Origin: Rhynchopus sp. YZ270_cl-10
Taxonomy: Eukaryota
NCBI GenBank assembly: GCA_964035575.1
Contig: OZ037835.1
Location: forward strand, 372,001-436,000
Direction: 5' to 3'
Length of the DNA stretch: 64,000 nt
The notes beneath the pieces are model-generated. The model saw nothing but the letters and a program-made list of their open reading frames with translations, did not search any database and was not told where the DNA came from. Of this stretch, positions 10,902 through 23,742 are shown one piece after another. Made by a program: the position numbers and the translations under genes. The stretch's first letter is position 1. Each line of letters starts with the position of its first letter.

Positions 10902-12966
10902 GAGAAGGGGTGAGTCGTCCCTTCAAGGGGCCGAGAGAAGAAAATAGGGCTCAAATCTATTTTTGAGACAAAAATTGTGTTTTTTTGTGTGAAATCGCAA
11001 AGTAAAAGGGAGAGAGAGGGGCGGATGAAAAAGCACGATAGGTGGGGGTTTGTATATTCTAGCTTGGGCTACGTTGTGTACTGCCTGGTAGTGGGGTGTG
11101 GGAATGAGAGTGGAGCTGCTAGGTGCGGTGTCATGATCATTTGTAAACACATCATTTGTTGAGTTTGTTGTGGACGATGCGCTCCAAGTTGGAAAAATAG
11201 GGGTGGTGTTAGCCACCTTGCAAAAGATGCATGGTTGTATTGCTTTGCTTTTGTTTTTCCTTCCTTCAAAACTTCACACATGACGCTTTTGGTTTTTGGG
11301 AGGCACACAAGGTGCCAGGTTCTATGACGTGCACGGAACCACCCTGCACCTGTTTGTCATATTGTTTCCCGTGCACTACATGCGAAAACGTTTCGCACTT
11401 GAAACTAGGGCATTGTATTGCATTGATCACCACATGGGAGGAAGAGCCCGCCCTCTCTCGACACGACGTCATCAACGAAGACACGCCACCTAGAACAATC
11501 CCTCCCCCGCACCTAGCCCCGCTGCGGACAGCGCGGGTGGGGGGGAATAGCAAAACGGATAAATTGGGGCAGAGGTTTTAAAAAAAGGGGGGGAAGATAC
11601 TTCTTGTTGAGGAGAAAATAAAAATAAAGTGCAAAAAATGAAAAATCAATGAAACCTTGGCTAGGGCCCCTAGCGAGAAATTTGCTTGGATGGAGCTCAC
11701 GAAAATCGTGTAGACTAAAATAAAAGGTTGCCAAAAAAATATATATGACACATGACACAGTCCCCCCCCCACCAGCAAGCAAGATGAAACCGAACGCACG
11801 TGGCTAGGACATGTTACAAGGCAGAGAGAGGAGAGTGTTCCCTTAACCCCCCCCTGTGAGGTATCAATGGCAATGACACAAAAAAGGGCTGGAGTAGGGG
11901 ACGAGCTGCTGTTATGACACACACAACTGCCATCATATTTTTGTTTCACAAAAAAGGGTAATTTGACTCATTTAGAATTTTGCTACAAAAGAAAAAAGAG
12001 AAAAAAAAACACTTTCGATGTGTGCATTTGTCACATCTCAAAACAAAAAAAATACAAAAAAGTTTACAATTATTTTTACAAAAAAAGGAACAGAAAGAGT
12101 TCATAAGATGAACCTAAGTCTCTCATGCTTAGTAACCTTTAGGTACAGAAGAAACGGAGAAAACCGCAAAAAAAAAAAAAGACTTATGGAGGGTGGAACT
12201 GATTGGGGGAGGACTTCGGGGAGTTTTTTTTTACATAAATTGTTGGAGTAGTGTAGTTGCCTCGGTTGTGTTGCCACAGTTGTGCAATCTCCACTGTCAC
12301 TGTGTTTTTTTTGGGGAATGAAATTGCAACGCACAAAAAAGCAAATGAACTAAAAAGTGACGTTGATATAGTGCAAAAACGCCTCTGGGACGCAAGACGC
12401 TGGAACTTTAAATAATCACCAAGCCTTTGTGGGTGAACAGTATACGACTCAGACAACCTCAGGAAAATATGATAAAACGAGCAAAATAAGACCGCAGTGA
12501 GTTAGTTTCATATACCTTCAATAGAACAAAGAAAGCATCAGAACACAATGAAAAAAAATAATTTTTTTTTTTAAATTTGCTTTCCCAATTTGCTGCTTTT
12601 ATTTTTCCATCCCCTCCATGATTTTCTTCTTTGGTGTTCGTTGAGGTGCATGAGACTTGACTTACCCCGATTGCCCAGACTTGGTAATTTTTTAACCATT
12701 CTTTAGCTTTCACATTTCACATTATTTCTTTAGTCCTTTAGAAGACTAAAGGGCTAAAAAAAAAGTACCGACCCTCCCCCGTGAAATTGTCCCCCCCAAA
12801 AACCGGTATTTTGCCGCCAGGGACAATTTCAAGAGGGTCGCGGGGACAACCTTTGCTCTCCCTTCTTCACACCAAAAACGGCCACCCCCCCCTACAGTAC
12901 GAGATATTGTTCCCCCTCACTTTTCACCCTACTGGGGGGGGGGGGGGGGGTAGGGGGTGCAACCTA

Positions 12967-13196
12967 CACGACGGTGAAGTATAGTACATTACAAGTGAAG
13001 TTACAAGTAACGTTACAAGTGAAAAACCGTTACAAGTGAGTTACAAGTGAGTTACAAGTGGGATACATGAATTACAGGCAAAATCAGGTTGTAACTGGTG
13101 GGTTACAAGTGAGTTACAAGTGAGTTACATGTAACAAAAGTTACATGTAACTCCACTTGTAACTCCACTTGTAACACCCGTTACTTCACCGTCGTG
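12967..13196. mobile_element. 230-bp CAC-ended MITE (element D) with 2-bp TA duplication and internal gttacaagtga repeats
   Basis: TIR cacgacggtgaagta / tacttcaccgtcgtg. Confidence 0.85.
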
Positions 13197-14204
13197 TACG
13201 TGGGAATTGCTGTCACAAACCCATTTTTTTGATTTTTATGCCAAAAAATCCACTAAAAAGGTCGTACCTGGCCGCAAATCGCCCTGGGGATCACCAAAAT
13301 ATCCCATTAAACCACCTGACAACCTCCACAGAGGCTTTCCTGATTAAAAAAAAATCGGTTTTTTGCGAAAAAAAGGCCGAAAATCTGTAACGCTCGTGTA
13401 ACGCTATTGGGTCAATTTTCAACACTTGCCAAAAAAATTTTCTGAGCAGATATTGTGCCTTCTAAACACCCGAAAACCACCTCGGTCCACCTCCACTGGG
13501 GTCCCGGGGTGGAAATGTATGGTTTTTGCAGCTTTTAGGGGTCCTGTGTGGGCCCCAGATGTATTCTGTAGTGTCTGAAACGCATAAAAAAGCAGTGCAT
13601 CCCTCAGTTCTTAGCCTAGTTACACACATAACAACCCCAAAAAAAGTGTCCGCAGGTCCACAGAAGTCCCCAAAACCACTCCAAAGTGATTGCCGGACCC
13701 CACCGGGGGTGGAATACCCTGTTTTCGGGTCCAAAATGCGTGTTTTTTCAGTGCTGTCCCCACCTGTAACAGTTGTAACAGTACTGTAACAGTAGCACCT
13801 CCCCGGCTAAAATGTGATTTTTGTGTATAAAAAAAATTCAAAATTTTCAGCAAAGGCATACAAAAAAATAGACTTTTGGCTCCAAAACCCCCCAGAAATC
13901 GCTCCGTGCACACATCTGACTGGAAAAAACCTATTTTCCTCTTGTTTTGGACTATTTAAAAAAATTGAATTTTTTGATAAATCGCCCTGTATCAAATACC
14001 CTCAGAAAACGGTGAAAACGGGTTGAAAACGCTACAAAAAGTGTCAAAAAAAGCTCCCAAAAGTGCCAAAACGTGCCAAATAGTGAGGAATAGTCCCACA
14101 AATGTGTTTTCTGGGGTGGTTTTGTGTTTTCGAATGATTTTTTTGCACTTTTTTATGATTTTTTGGGTAGCGTGACAGAAATTTACTCGTAGGTTGCACC
14201 CCCT

Positions 14205-17200
14205 CACGACGGACTAGTTATGGCCATGACAGGTGATATGACAGGTGGTGTTACTAGTTATAAATATGACAGGTGATAATTGAATATTACTAGTAATATG
14301 ACAGGTGGTACCTGTAAAATGACAGGTGCACCTGTCATTTTGACAGGTGGTACCTGTCAAATGACAGGTGGTACCTGTCAAAATGACAGGTACCACCTGT
14401 CATATGACAGGTGTTTTTGCCGGTGGCTATTGCCTCCCAGGGAAAGGGACTCTCGAATTTTTTTTTTGCCCCCTTTTAGGGCGAATTTCGACGATTTGAG
14501 GCCATTAAAAGCAAAATTTGACACTTTTGAGCATCTATGGGGGTCTATAACGCGATTTTGCGCACCCGATTTTTCGTGGGATTTACGAAAGACAAGTCAA
14601 TTTTTGACCCCAAAAAAATTCACAAAATTGCCCTCGGTGGTCCTCACCCCCACACGTCCTCAATACTGGGCGAAAAAATGCAAAAAAATGCAAAAAAAAA
14701 CGCAAAAATCGGGTGTTTGACCATCTGGGTGCACCAAATACACGGGAGTGCGGTACTAAGCCATAATCAGTCTTTCCGCGCTGAAGAATCCGATGAAGAA
14801 TTCTTCATTGGAAAAAAATAAAAATACAAATAAAAAAATTGAAGAGGTGGGGTGGGGCCCGAAGGGCCGCCCACCTCTTTCATCTTCCTCCCAGCCTCCT
14901 CGCCCGAGCCATCTGCCGACTATTTCCTTCCGTTGCAACCCGACCTCGGAGATGACAAGGAGTGGGGAGAAGCTCCTGGTGGATCCGGCGAAGCCGGGGA
15001 CAAGCAGAGAGGAGATGAAGACGCAACTGAAGAAGGAGTACGGGATAATGCGAGTTTGTGCGACTCGCCTTCTGACCCCCTGTTTCGTCTTGCGAAGATG
15101 AGCGGGAATTTTCGTGATTGAAGTTGGTGAAGACACGTCTCCGCTCACAAGTTGTCGACGAACCCCTTGATGCACTCTTGCATGCCAAGAACCATCCCGC
15201 GAGTACCTCAGTGAGGAGGTGTCCGCAGAGCTTCTGCATCTCTTTGAATATCATAAAGATCCACCCCACCCACCACCGTGCGAAAGCTCGGACCCTTTTT
15301 AGGCCAGGAATTCTAGTTTCTCCGCCGGAGGCCCAGAACTTCCGGCGCGCTACGCGCGCCGGGCTCGGGACGTATTTACCTTTTATGCACAAAATCACTA
15401 TTCTTCATCAAAAATCCCGCTGCATTTTTTACAATGTACCCTAATTTTTTTTCGCCTGCGGCGCCGCACGTAGCGCGCCCGGGTTTGGGACCCCTTCTTG
15501 AATTTCGAGGGGGCGGTTCACGTTACAGTGGGTCCAGAATCGTAGTTCAATTTAACCCCGCTAAGTAACTCGACCAAAACGTGTATCAGCCAAGAACTTG
15601 TCCATTTTTTTCAAAATGACCCCGTTACAGTGAGGGTAAAAGTTTGCGGAGATGCTCGGAAAACCCGAAAAAGGCCAAAAATCCCCCCAAAAGGGAAAAA
15701 CGAGAACATGTTTCGGCAGGGGGGCAGCGTGTTCTCAGAAAAATCCAAAAATCACCTGAAATCCTTATAAAAAACCTGGTGCCCGATCCAAAAAAATGGA
15801 AAAAGCCCGGGTGCCCGCCCACCCCTGCAAAAATCGACTTGTACAGCCATTGCTTTGGTGTGGGCTTGTTCACACCGGGCAGAGTGCGAGTTATTCTCAG
15901 CAACACGGCCCCGCCCGGCCCCCCAGATTTTTCCCGTAAGAAAACTACCTGCGCGAACCAGGCATTTTTTGTCCTCCCTCAAGTGCTCCCTCGAACCTGG
16001 CGGGAGGGAGGGAAATAGCTATTTACTGACGCAGTGGTGGGTTTGTACGTCCAATGATGTTCTCGTACCTGGAGAGTGGACCGAGTGCGAGGTATGTTTT
16101 TAACCCCCGGTTTTCACCACCCCCGCTCCCCCTTTTCGACATTGTCCCGCTCTGGATGTACGTCTCGTCTCCGGATGTAAATTGAAGCTATTTTTTCCCG
16201 CCCAAATTAGCGACTACCAAGATTTGTGCTCCTCTATCTATCTCTTGTTGGGTGTCCGCCCCGGTACAGCCGGTCATGTACCAAGGTACACTGTTCACGA
16301 GAGGGTTTTGTATTTCAAGTCATTGACTCAACTTCTTTTTTTTTGTTAGTAACGTCACTTTTGTCCTCAATTTCTCTTAACAGGTACCCGAACCGACGAC
16401 CCTTCATTGTGACAGCGAAGCAGTGCCGACGGACGAGCTGGTGCAAATATTTCAAAATCAGGTGGCGACCGAGACCACCCCAATTATTATGAAACTCTTA
16501 GTCAGTCACTGCTATAGCCATTTAACCCAGGGAGCATAGCTAGTGCAAGAAATTCGACTTCGGGATCCGGAAAGTCTGTCCTCTGCTTGCGGAGGACTAG
16601 GCACAAGAAAATATTGCGTTCCCCCAGAAACCAATTTTTGTCACAGTAATTTTTGCCCAGGGCATGCTCTTGAAGCATGGCGGCTTGGTGTGAGAAGGGG
16701 CAGTGTGTTGTTTTGTTCTAGATTTCAACGGTTGTTAGAACGAGTCAAGTGGATGCTTATCTAAACACTGACTTTAGTACAGACCCGAGAGATCACACAT
16801 GACTTTGAGGAAAGAACAAAGCAATGCATCTGTACCCGCACGCCAGGTTGTAGTTACTTCAGAATTTTCTTAAGTTTGCGCGAAAGAGAGCGGGGGCAAC
16901 TCCTTTGTATCATAAGCCCGCTGTGCAGAACAAAGCGAGGAACCTTAAAACACTACCTGCGTGGTGGCTGAATTCACATCCCTTAGAATTACCAGAATTC
17001 AGCCTTTGTTGAAGTAACGTACATACTTGTATGTGCGTGTCACGCTTCTCCATCCTTAAATGGGTGCACTGCTTCACTGCAGCGGGTAAGCCTCTCTCGA
17101 CTAGTGCAAACTTAAGAATTTTCTGCTGGAACTTACCAAAATCGATTTTCTTTCACCCCAAACACCCGCAACACCCCACCTGCTACTTTGGTAGCCTGTG

Positions 17201-17645
17201 TTGTTGGGAGTTGGTTCTCATGTTGATCCCCAGTGTTTTGCACTGCTTCTTCTGAGCCCAACGCTGTTTGGCCTGTCGACGTAATAAATACGAAGACAGG
17301 GCGGCGGTGCCAACAATTTTCCGATGATGTAACGTTTATCTGATTGATTTATCGTTTGATATACCTTGTGTCCTACTTCATGCACACCCAAGAAAGGTTA
17401 TTGAACGGTACTTTCAAGCGATACTTCGTTATGTCATTGGGGGTACCTGGGTACCTGGGTACCTGGGTACCTGGGTACCTGGGTACCTGGGTACCTGGGT
17501 ACCTGGGTACCTGGGTACCTGGGTACCTGGTGCCTGTATTTTGACAGGTGGTACCTGTCAAAATGACAGGTACCACCTGTCAAAAAATTTCACCTGTCAT
17601 TTTACTAGTAAGATCACCTGTCATGGTCATAACTAGTCCGTCGTG
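14205..17645. mobile_element. 3.4-kb CAC-ended non-autonomous DNA transposon (element E; CACTA/Mirage/Chapaev-like), 2-bp CT duplication
   Basis: TIR cacgacggactagttatg(g/a)ccatgacaggtgat, with ct at 14203-14204 and 17646-17647. Subterminal palindromic repeats tgacaggtggtacctgtca. The superfamily assignment is inferred from the ends only. Confidence 0.8.
17441..17528. repeat. (GGGTACCT)11 minisatellite
   Basis: Read directly from the sequence. Confidence 0.95.
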
Positions 17646-18960
17646 CTAGGGGGGGGGGGGGGGGGGCGAATACAAGTCCCCGCCAAATACAAGTCCCCCT
17701 TTTATTTTGGCCGTTTTCATAAAATATATTTTAGAATACAAGTCCCTACACGGAGTACCAGAAGGGGGTACTCCAGTGTAGGGACTTGTATTTAGCATAC
17801 TGTAAAAAATTTAAGTTTTTGCGACATGCAAAATCCTTTTAGGGACTTGTATTCAACAGATCATAAAATATTTATACAATAATTTTATGTTTGAAAACCC
17901 CCCTAAAAAAAGCGCTGACATGGTGAATACAAGGGGGGGGGGGGGACTTCTATTCGCCCCCCCCCCAGTAGGGGGGACAATTTCACGGGGGAGGGTCGGT
18001 AAAAAAAACCTGTAAGATGAATGGTTTTATTTTTCCTTCCTTCAAAACTACACACACAACGCTTTTTTGGTTTTTGGGAGACACACAAGGTGCCAGGTTC
18101 TATGATAAGCACGGAACCACCCTGCACCTGTTTGTCATATTGTTTCCCGTGCAATACATGGAGAAACGTTTCGCACTCGAAAAAACAAAGCTTTTTGATA
18201 AAAATTAGCGAAATACAAAAACCGGCGCGTGTGGAAGAAAAAAGGAGAGGAAAATATTTTTTCTGATTCAAAGTGGTGTTTACGTTTTGGGTACGGGGCG
18301 GAGAATAAAATCTGTTCGATAAAAGAAACGCGAGCTTATTGTTTTATCTTGTTCATCTCTCTCTCGCTCATGAGTGCACACATCTAAAAAGAAACTAATT
18401 TTTCTACTATGGGGGGAACTGTGGAGGGTATTGTTAAAGGGGAAGGGAGGGGATGGGAGGGCTACTGAAAAAAAAGAAAAAAAAAGACTGGTTTTTTTTA
18501 TTTTTCCTTCCTTCAAAAGTTTTTTGTTAGGAAAATGAATAAACTGTTGGTTATGTTTTTATGTGTCAACACCCAACTGGTCGAGGGATGAGTCACTCAC
18601 ACTTTTTTTTTTTTGCTTTTTTTTTTAGGCATATTTTTTATAGCATCAACAAAATTGCCTACAGATTGCTTTGTACATAGAGAGTCACCAGAAAGAAGTT
18701 ATTTGTGACATTGACATTTGTGGTTTTATTTATTTTTTTGAAAAAATTCTTGGAATGGTGTAGTGCCACCTATACAAGCTCCACTGTCAGTTTTTTGGTG
18801 TGCCAAAAAATGGATTTTTTTTTTGTGTTTTTCCCCCCACAAAACCGCCTTTTCCCCAATGTGTAAGGAAATAGTACATAAATAACTGGGCTCTCGGGCG
18901 ATACGCTCCAACGAAAATCACGTCGGTAGAAAAGTTTGAGAAGGTAGGGTTTTACTCTTT

Positions 18961-20082
18961 TCAATGCCCACACTTACTGCACATTGTGACCCCGCACCCG
19001 TCGTGGCTGCATTTGTACTTCTTCATGCTCCTCGTCTTCTCCAGCTCACAGCAGTCGCACACCCAGGACTCCCCGGCCACACCAAGCGAGACACCCTTCG
19101 CATGCACGCTGTGCACTGCGTCCGCCGCACCGTCACCGTCACCTCCACCACCTGCCTCTCTTTCTCCACCCTCCTCCCTGACACCGTCGTCTCCCTCGGA
19201 TTCGAGATTCAGTGTGGCGATGTGGCTGAGCTCCCCTACAGCACTGTCCTCTGGACAAGACAGAGAAGCGGAACGTTGAACCTGACGGAGGTGGTGTGGG
19301 TTGAGGTGCTCCACAACAAAGCTGCGTGCACGACAACGCCAGAGAGGGATCTGCAGAACGGTAGGGCACCCTGTTACGGTCGCGTTGCGAAGAAGCGGGA
19401 GGTAAGCAGAGGCGAGCTCCGATGTGGCAAAGACGGCCTGGAGAAGAACCTTCTGCGGGTGGTCTTCATCCTGCCCTGGGATGTTCTCTTCCGCACAACA
19501 GAACGACAATGCCGGCACGTCGGCAGACATCAAACACGCGATCGGTTTTGTCACTGCAAGCCTCCCAACCTGTCCACCATTCCCCAAATCATACCAGAAC
19601 ACCGGGAGGTGTGCGTTCAGAAGCCCTGCAGAAAGCGCCTCGTTGTCGAGCACCTCGTCGTTGATGGTCTCCGTCTGGGGTGGAAGCAGGACACGGTTGG
19701 AGAGGGGGGCATTCAGGGCGGTGTGTGTGACGGTGCTGGTCCAGTTCTGAGCCCCGCCGGGGGTGGAGAGGAGGATGCGGTTTTCGAAGTCAAGAGCGTG
19801 GGTGTGGTCTGCAAAGAAGAGGTCGATGTGGACGAACGATGTGACGTCGTCAAAGGCAACGCTGTTGTCGCTGTGGTATGCAAAGCTTTGCTGCGCACTG
19901 CGGAAGATGTGACGTTGGACGGCAGAGCTCGTTGTGTCCGTCACGACGAAGCGTGCATACAGACGCCACGCTGTTGCCTGCGAGGGGTGGCTCTGCACTG
20001 TGCGTGCTGCCTTGCGGGGACCCTCATCACTGTCGGCAGAACGCTTCCCTCCCAACCCAAACACAGTCTGCAGGAAGCTCAT
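18961..20082 (-). CDS. Hypothetical protein (373 aa) with a C-terminal Cys-rich putative zinc-binding motif
   Basis: Long GC-rich ATG ORF on the gene-bearing strand. Ends WVCDCC..KYKCSHDGCGVTMCSKCGH. Confidence 0.7.
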   Translation of the reverse strand: MSFLQTVFGLGGKRSADSDEGPRKAARTVQSHPSQATAWRLYARFVVTDTTSSAVQRHIFRSAQQSFAYHSDNSVAFDDVTSFVHIDLFFADHTHALDFENRILLSTPGGAQNWTSTVTHTALNAPLSNRVLLPPQTETINDEVLDNEALSAGLLNAHLPVFWYDLGNGGQVGRLAVTKPIACLMSADVPALSFCCAEENIPGQDEDHPQKVLLQAVFATSELASAYLPLLRNATVTGCPTVLQIPLWRCRARSFVVEHLNPHHLRQVQRSASLSCPEDSAVGELSHIATLNLESEGDDGVREEGGEREAGGGGDGDGAADAVHSVHAKGVSLGVAGESWVCDCCELEKTRSMKKYKCSHDGCGVTMCSKCGH

Positions 20083-20704
20083 TTTTCAGGTATTTGTGTT
20101 GAGCTGTGTAGGTGGGTCAAATTCGGGCGGTTGTGGGGGGTGCTGGAATTAAAACTTAATAAAAGTGGTGTTGTTTTGAATCATTGTTTGTCCCTAAAGT
20201 GCCAAATATAAATGGTGGAGTGCTATAGTGCCGTCTTGAGTGCAAAGGTTGGGCAACTGACAAAATAAGAAAAAATATATCCCTAAGTTCTTTCCCTAAG
20301 CCAACCGTAACGAAGCAAGTGGACAAAAGCAGGTACACGGCAAAAAAAAAGCTTTTGGTCGTTGATTCGACTCACACGCACGTCGCAGAATGGGACAAGC
20401 CCAGAACCGTACCCCCCGCTGTCAGCCACGAGATCTTGAAGGAGAATGGGTGGGTGAGGCCGCTGCCGTCGAGATGGGCGACAGCCTGGTCAGATGCCTC
20501 CTCGACCAAATGGGCGGCGATATTCGAAGGCACACCTGAGCGAGTTGCGCAGCTGAGTGAAGCAGCTGTCACAGCGGAGCTGCTCTACGTTCCTAATACC
20601 CCACCAACGTTTGGTGGACGACTGTAGCAGCATCAATGAGGCTACCGCTCTGTACACAGCCTGGCACAACACTGCTCCATGCGGTAAGCTTCTCCTGTCG
20701 CTCT

Positions 20705-21961
20705 TTACGAAACACTGCAGCAATGCACGGCTGCCTTCGTCTTGTCTCTGTCACGTGTCGGAGGTGCGTCAACCACATACTTCTTCAGCTCGCTTTCACG
20801 TACTCGACTGGACACAGCACTGCTGCAGCCGGCAAGGTGGATGCTCCTCAACGAAATGTAACCTTCAGCAGGAAGCTCACCAAAATGCATAACTCTGCTG
20901 AGTGGTGATAGGTCGAGTTCTGTGAGGCTGCTGCAGTCGGCAAGAAAACCGTCTTTAATGTGTGTAACATTGCGAAGTGGTGATAAGTCCACTGTTGTGA
21001 GGCTGATGCAGAAGGCAAGAAAGTAGCCATCAATGCGTGCTACATTGCTGAGTGGTGATACGTCTAGATCTGTGAGGCTGTTGCACTCGGAGAGAAAGCT
21101 CAAACCAATGTGAGTAACATTGCGAAGTGGTGATAAGTCTACTGTTGTGAGGCTGCTGCAACCGGCAAGAAAGCAGTGATCAATTTGTGTAACATTGCTG
21201 ATTGGTGATAAGTCTACTGCTGTGAGGCTGATGCAGTAGGCAAGAAAGCTGTAATCAATGTGTGTAACATGGCGAAGTGGTGATAAGTCCACTGTTGTGA
21301 GGCTGCTGCAGTAGGCAAGAAAGCAGTCATCAATGCGTGGCACATTGCTGAGTGGTGATAAGTCTAGTTCCGTGAGGCTCTTGCAGGCGGAGAGAAAGCT
21401 TATACCAATGTGAGTAACATTGCTGAGTGGAGATAAGTCGACTGCTGTGAGGCTGTTGCAGTTGTGAAGAAAGCTGTTACCAATCCGGGTGAGACGTGTC
21501 AACCCAGACAAGTCGACGCTCGTCAACGATGTGCACCCTTGAAGAAACTCATCGCCAATTTCCGTCACACAGGACACAGCACTCAGATCAAGTCTCGTTA
21601 ACGTTGTGTGCGCCAAGAACCTGTTCGGAATGACAGTCGCAACCTCCGCCTGCAGAAGCAAACACGCCACCTCAGCATCCTCCACAGTCTCCAGCCGCTC
21701 TGCAGTGATGTCCTCACCCAACGCATGAAGTGCTGCTCTGGCCACGAACTTCTTACTTTTCGTCAGGATGATGGTGTCCCTAGCACTCAGCTGCGTGATG
21801 TGGTCTTCGGCCAGCACCTTCCCTCCGAAGCTAATGTCAAAGCCGTCTTCGCGCAACTCTGCTGCAGACGCCACCTTCCGCCGTATGTCCGCAGTTGTAT
21901 CATCCACACCCACATCGACTGTGTACTTCTCTCCGTCAAAGCTCTCCACACATATTTCCAT
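20705..21961 (-). CDS. UBL-LRR protein copy 3 (418 aa; ~10 LRRs; CCSVS)
   Basis: Intact ORF with the same architecture and a more divergent UBL (MEICVESFDGEKYTVDVGVDDT). Confidence 0.9.
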   Translation of the reverse strand: MEICVESFDGEKYTVDVGVDDTTADIRRKVASAAELREDGFDISFGGKVLAEDHITQLSARDTIILTKSKKFVARAALHALGEDITAERLETVEDAEVACLLLQAEVATVIPNRFLAHTTLTRLDLSAVSCVTEIGDEFLQGCTSLTSVDLSGLTRLTRIGNSFLHNCNSLTAVDLSPLSNVTHIGISFLSACKSLTELDLSPLSNVPRIDDCFLAYCSSLTTVDLSPLRHVTHIDYSFLAYCISLTAVDLSPISNVTQIDHCFLAGCSSLTTVDLSPLRNVTHIGLSFLSECNSLTDLDVSPLSNVARIDGYFLAFCISLTTVDLSPLRNVTHIKDGFLADCSSLTELDLSPLSRVMHFGELPAEGYISLRSIHLAGCSSAVSSRVRESELKKYVVDAPPTRDRDKTKAAVHCCSVS

Positions 21962-23742
21962 GGTTTTGTGTCTCTCTGTTTTGTGGAGGTGTTTTCAATT
22001 GGGGGTAAGAGTATGCAAGAGAGAACAAACAGTTACAAGGGGAGAGGTCTTTTGTTATGATACATTTGTCCGAATATTTGTGAGAACAGCTTTTTGGGAT
22101 GCGTCCAATGAAAATCACGTTGTGTGTTGTGGCCAGGTCCTCCCCCACATTCCTTCCTCCCAGCCCTGGCAGCGATGCAGCCGCACAAACTGAAAGAAGC
22201 AATACACAAAACCCTAACATACGGCGTGTTAATAAAGAAGACGATCACCTTGTTAAATGTTTGTTACCTTTCCCTTCCTTTCCCCAGACACCATCCCCGA
22301 ATATGCTTTCAAATCAGCCAGGTTCGTGATCCTGGATAAACAACAGCGCACGTCAGTTGTCTCACATACAGTGTGCACACCCTGAAAGTTTAACCCCTAT
22401 CTTCTCACACAGACCCCACCTTTGGTAGTTGGTCTGCCCTACTGCCTCTTCTGCACCGTAGCTGAGTGCCACGGTGACAGCTTGTACCCACCTGCGAAAG
22501 AATGTTCGCAAGGTACCTTCTTCTACTAACGTAAAAAAGCGTAAAAACATAACAAAACCACAACACACCACACTGAATAAACATCAGAGCACGTGCCTGC
22601 AGATCCACAGTTGTTTCACATACAGTACACACCCGACAAGGCAAAGAACACAAACATTTTACACATCCCAAAGCTTCATCCTTATGATCAAGATCTTGAC
22701 AATTCCCACAAAAACGTGGAAGGAAATAGTATATTTTGAATGAAAGTGGTGCTCACGTTTTGGGCACGGGGCGGAGAATAAAATCGGAAACAATCTCTAA
22801 TGAACACACACAGAGGGGCGGGGGGGAACAAATAGCACCTCAGGGTCCTCAGGCGTCACCCACAAGACGCTTCAGCTTGCCTGCGAGTACTCGACTGGAC
22901 ACAGCACTGCTGCAGCCGGCAAGGTGGATGCTCCTCAACGAAGTGCAGTTTCCAGCAGGTAGCTCACCCATGTGCGTCACTCTGCTGAGTGGTGATAGGT
23001 CTAGTTCTGTGAGGCCGGTGCAGTGGTGCAGAAAGCTTGTGTCAATGTGTGTAACATTGCGAAGTGGTGAAAAGTCTACTGTTGTGAGGCTGGTGCAGTA
23101 GGCAAGAAACCGCTCATCAATGTGAGTAACATTGCGAAGTGGTGATAAGTCTACTGTTGTGAGGCTGGTGCAGTGGGAAAGAAAGCGGTCATCAATTTGT
23201 GTAACATTGCGAAGTGGTGATAAGTCCACTGCAGTGAGGCTGCTGCACAAGGCAAGAAACCAGCTATTAATTTGTGCCACACTGCTAAGTGATGATAAGT
23301 CTAGTTCTGTGAGTCTCCTGCAGTTGAAAAGAAATCTTGCACGAATGTGAGTAACATGGCGAAGTGGTGATAAGTCCACTCCTGCGAGTCTGGTGCAGTC
23401 GGAAAGAAAGCTGTTACCAATCCGGGTGAGACGTGTCAACCCAGAAAGGTCAAGGCTTGTCAACGATGTGCACCCGTGAAGAAACTCATCGCCAATTTCC
23501 GTCACACAGGACACAGCACTCAGATCAAGTGCTGTTAACGCCGTCTGTGCCAATGGTGTGCGCGACAGGAAGCTATACGGAATGACAGTCGCAACCTCCG
23601 CCTGCAGAAGCAAACACGCAACCTCAGCATCCTCCACAGTCGCCAGCCGCTCCGCTGTGATGTCCTCACCCAACGCATGAAGTGCTGCTCTGGCCTCGAA
23701 CTTCTTACTTTTCCAGCTTCAAACTTCTTACTTTCCGTCAGG

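Larger units (their letters stand above)
12951..17648. mobile_element. TIR element C (TAGGGGGTGCAACCTACG ends) inserted in the poly-G tract of B
   Basis: Left end tagggggtgcaaccta|cg at 12951-12966/13199. Right end cgtaggttgcaccccct at 14188-14204 is completed by cta at 17646-17648. G-runs on both sides. Confidence 0.8.
12932..17968. mobile_element. TA-flanked MITE (element B) nested in A
   Basis: The left TIR ct(g)n-cgaatacaagtcccc is split by element C (12932-12950 plus 17649-17681). The right TIR ggggacttctattcg(c)n-ag ends at 17968. TA at 12930-12931 and 17969-17970. Confidence 0.8.
12768..17999. mobile_element. Outer TA-flanked MITE (element A) of a nested cluster
   Basis: TIR ccgaccctcccccgtgaaattgtcccccc at 12768-12796 and its complement at 17971-17999, with TA on both sides. 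Confidence 0.85.

Noticed and set aside
18961..19070. TnpB/Fanzor-type zinc finger at the end of the 373-aa ORF
   Set aside because: No RuvC motifs (no DxG, no E, no DRDxNAAxN after the finger).
18964..20211. 415-aa plus-strand ORF
   Set aside because: Antisense shadow of the minus-strand 373-aa ORF. The same applies to the shadows of the hAT, RT, 52186 and UBL ORFs.
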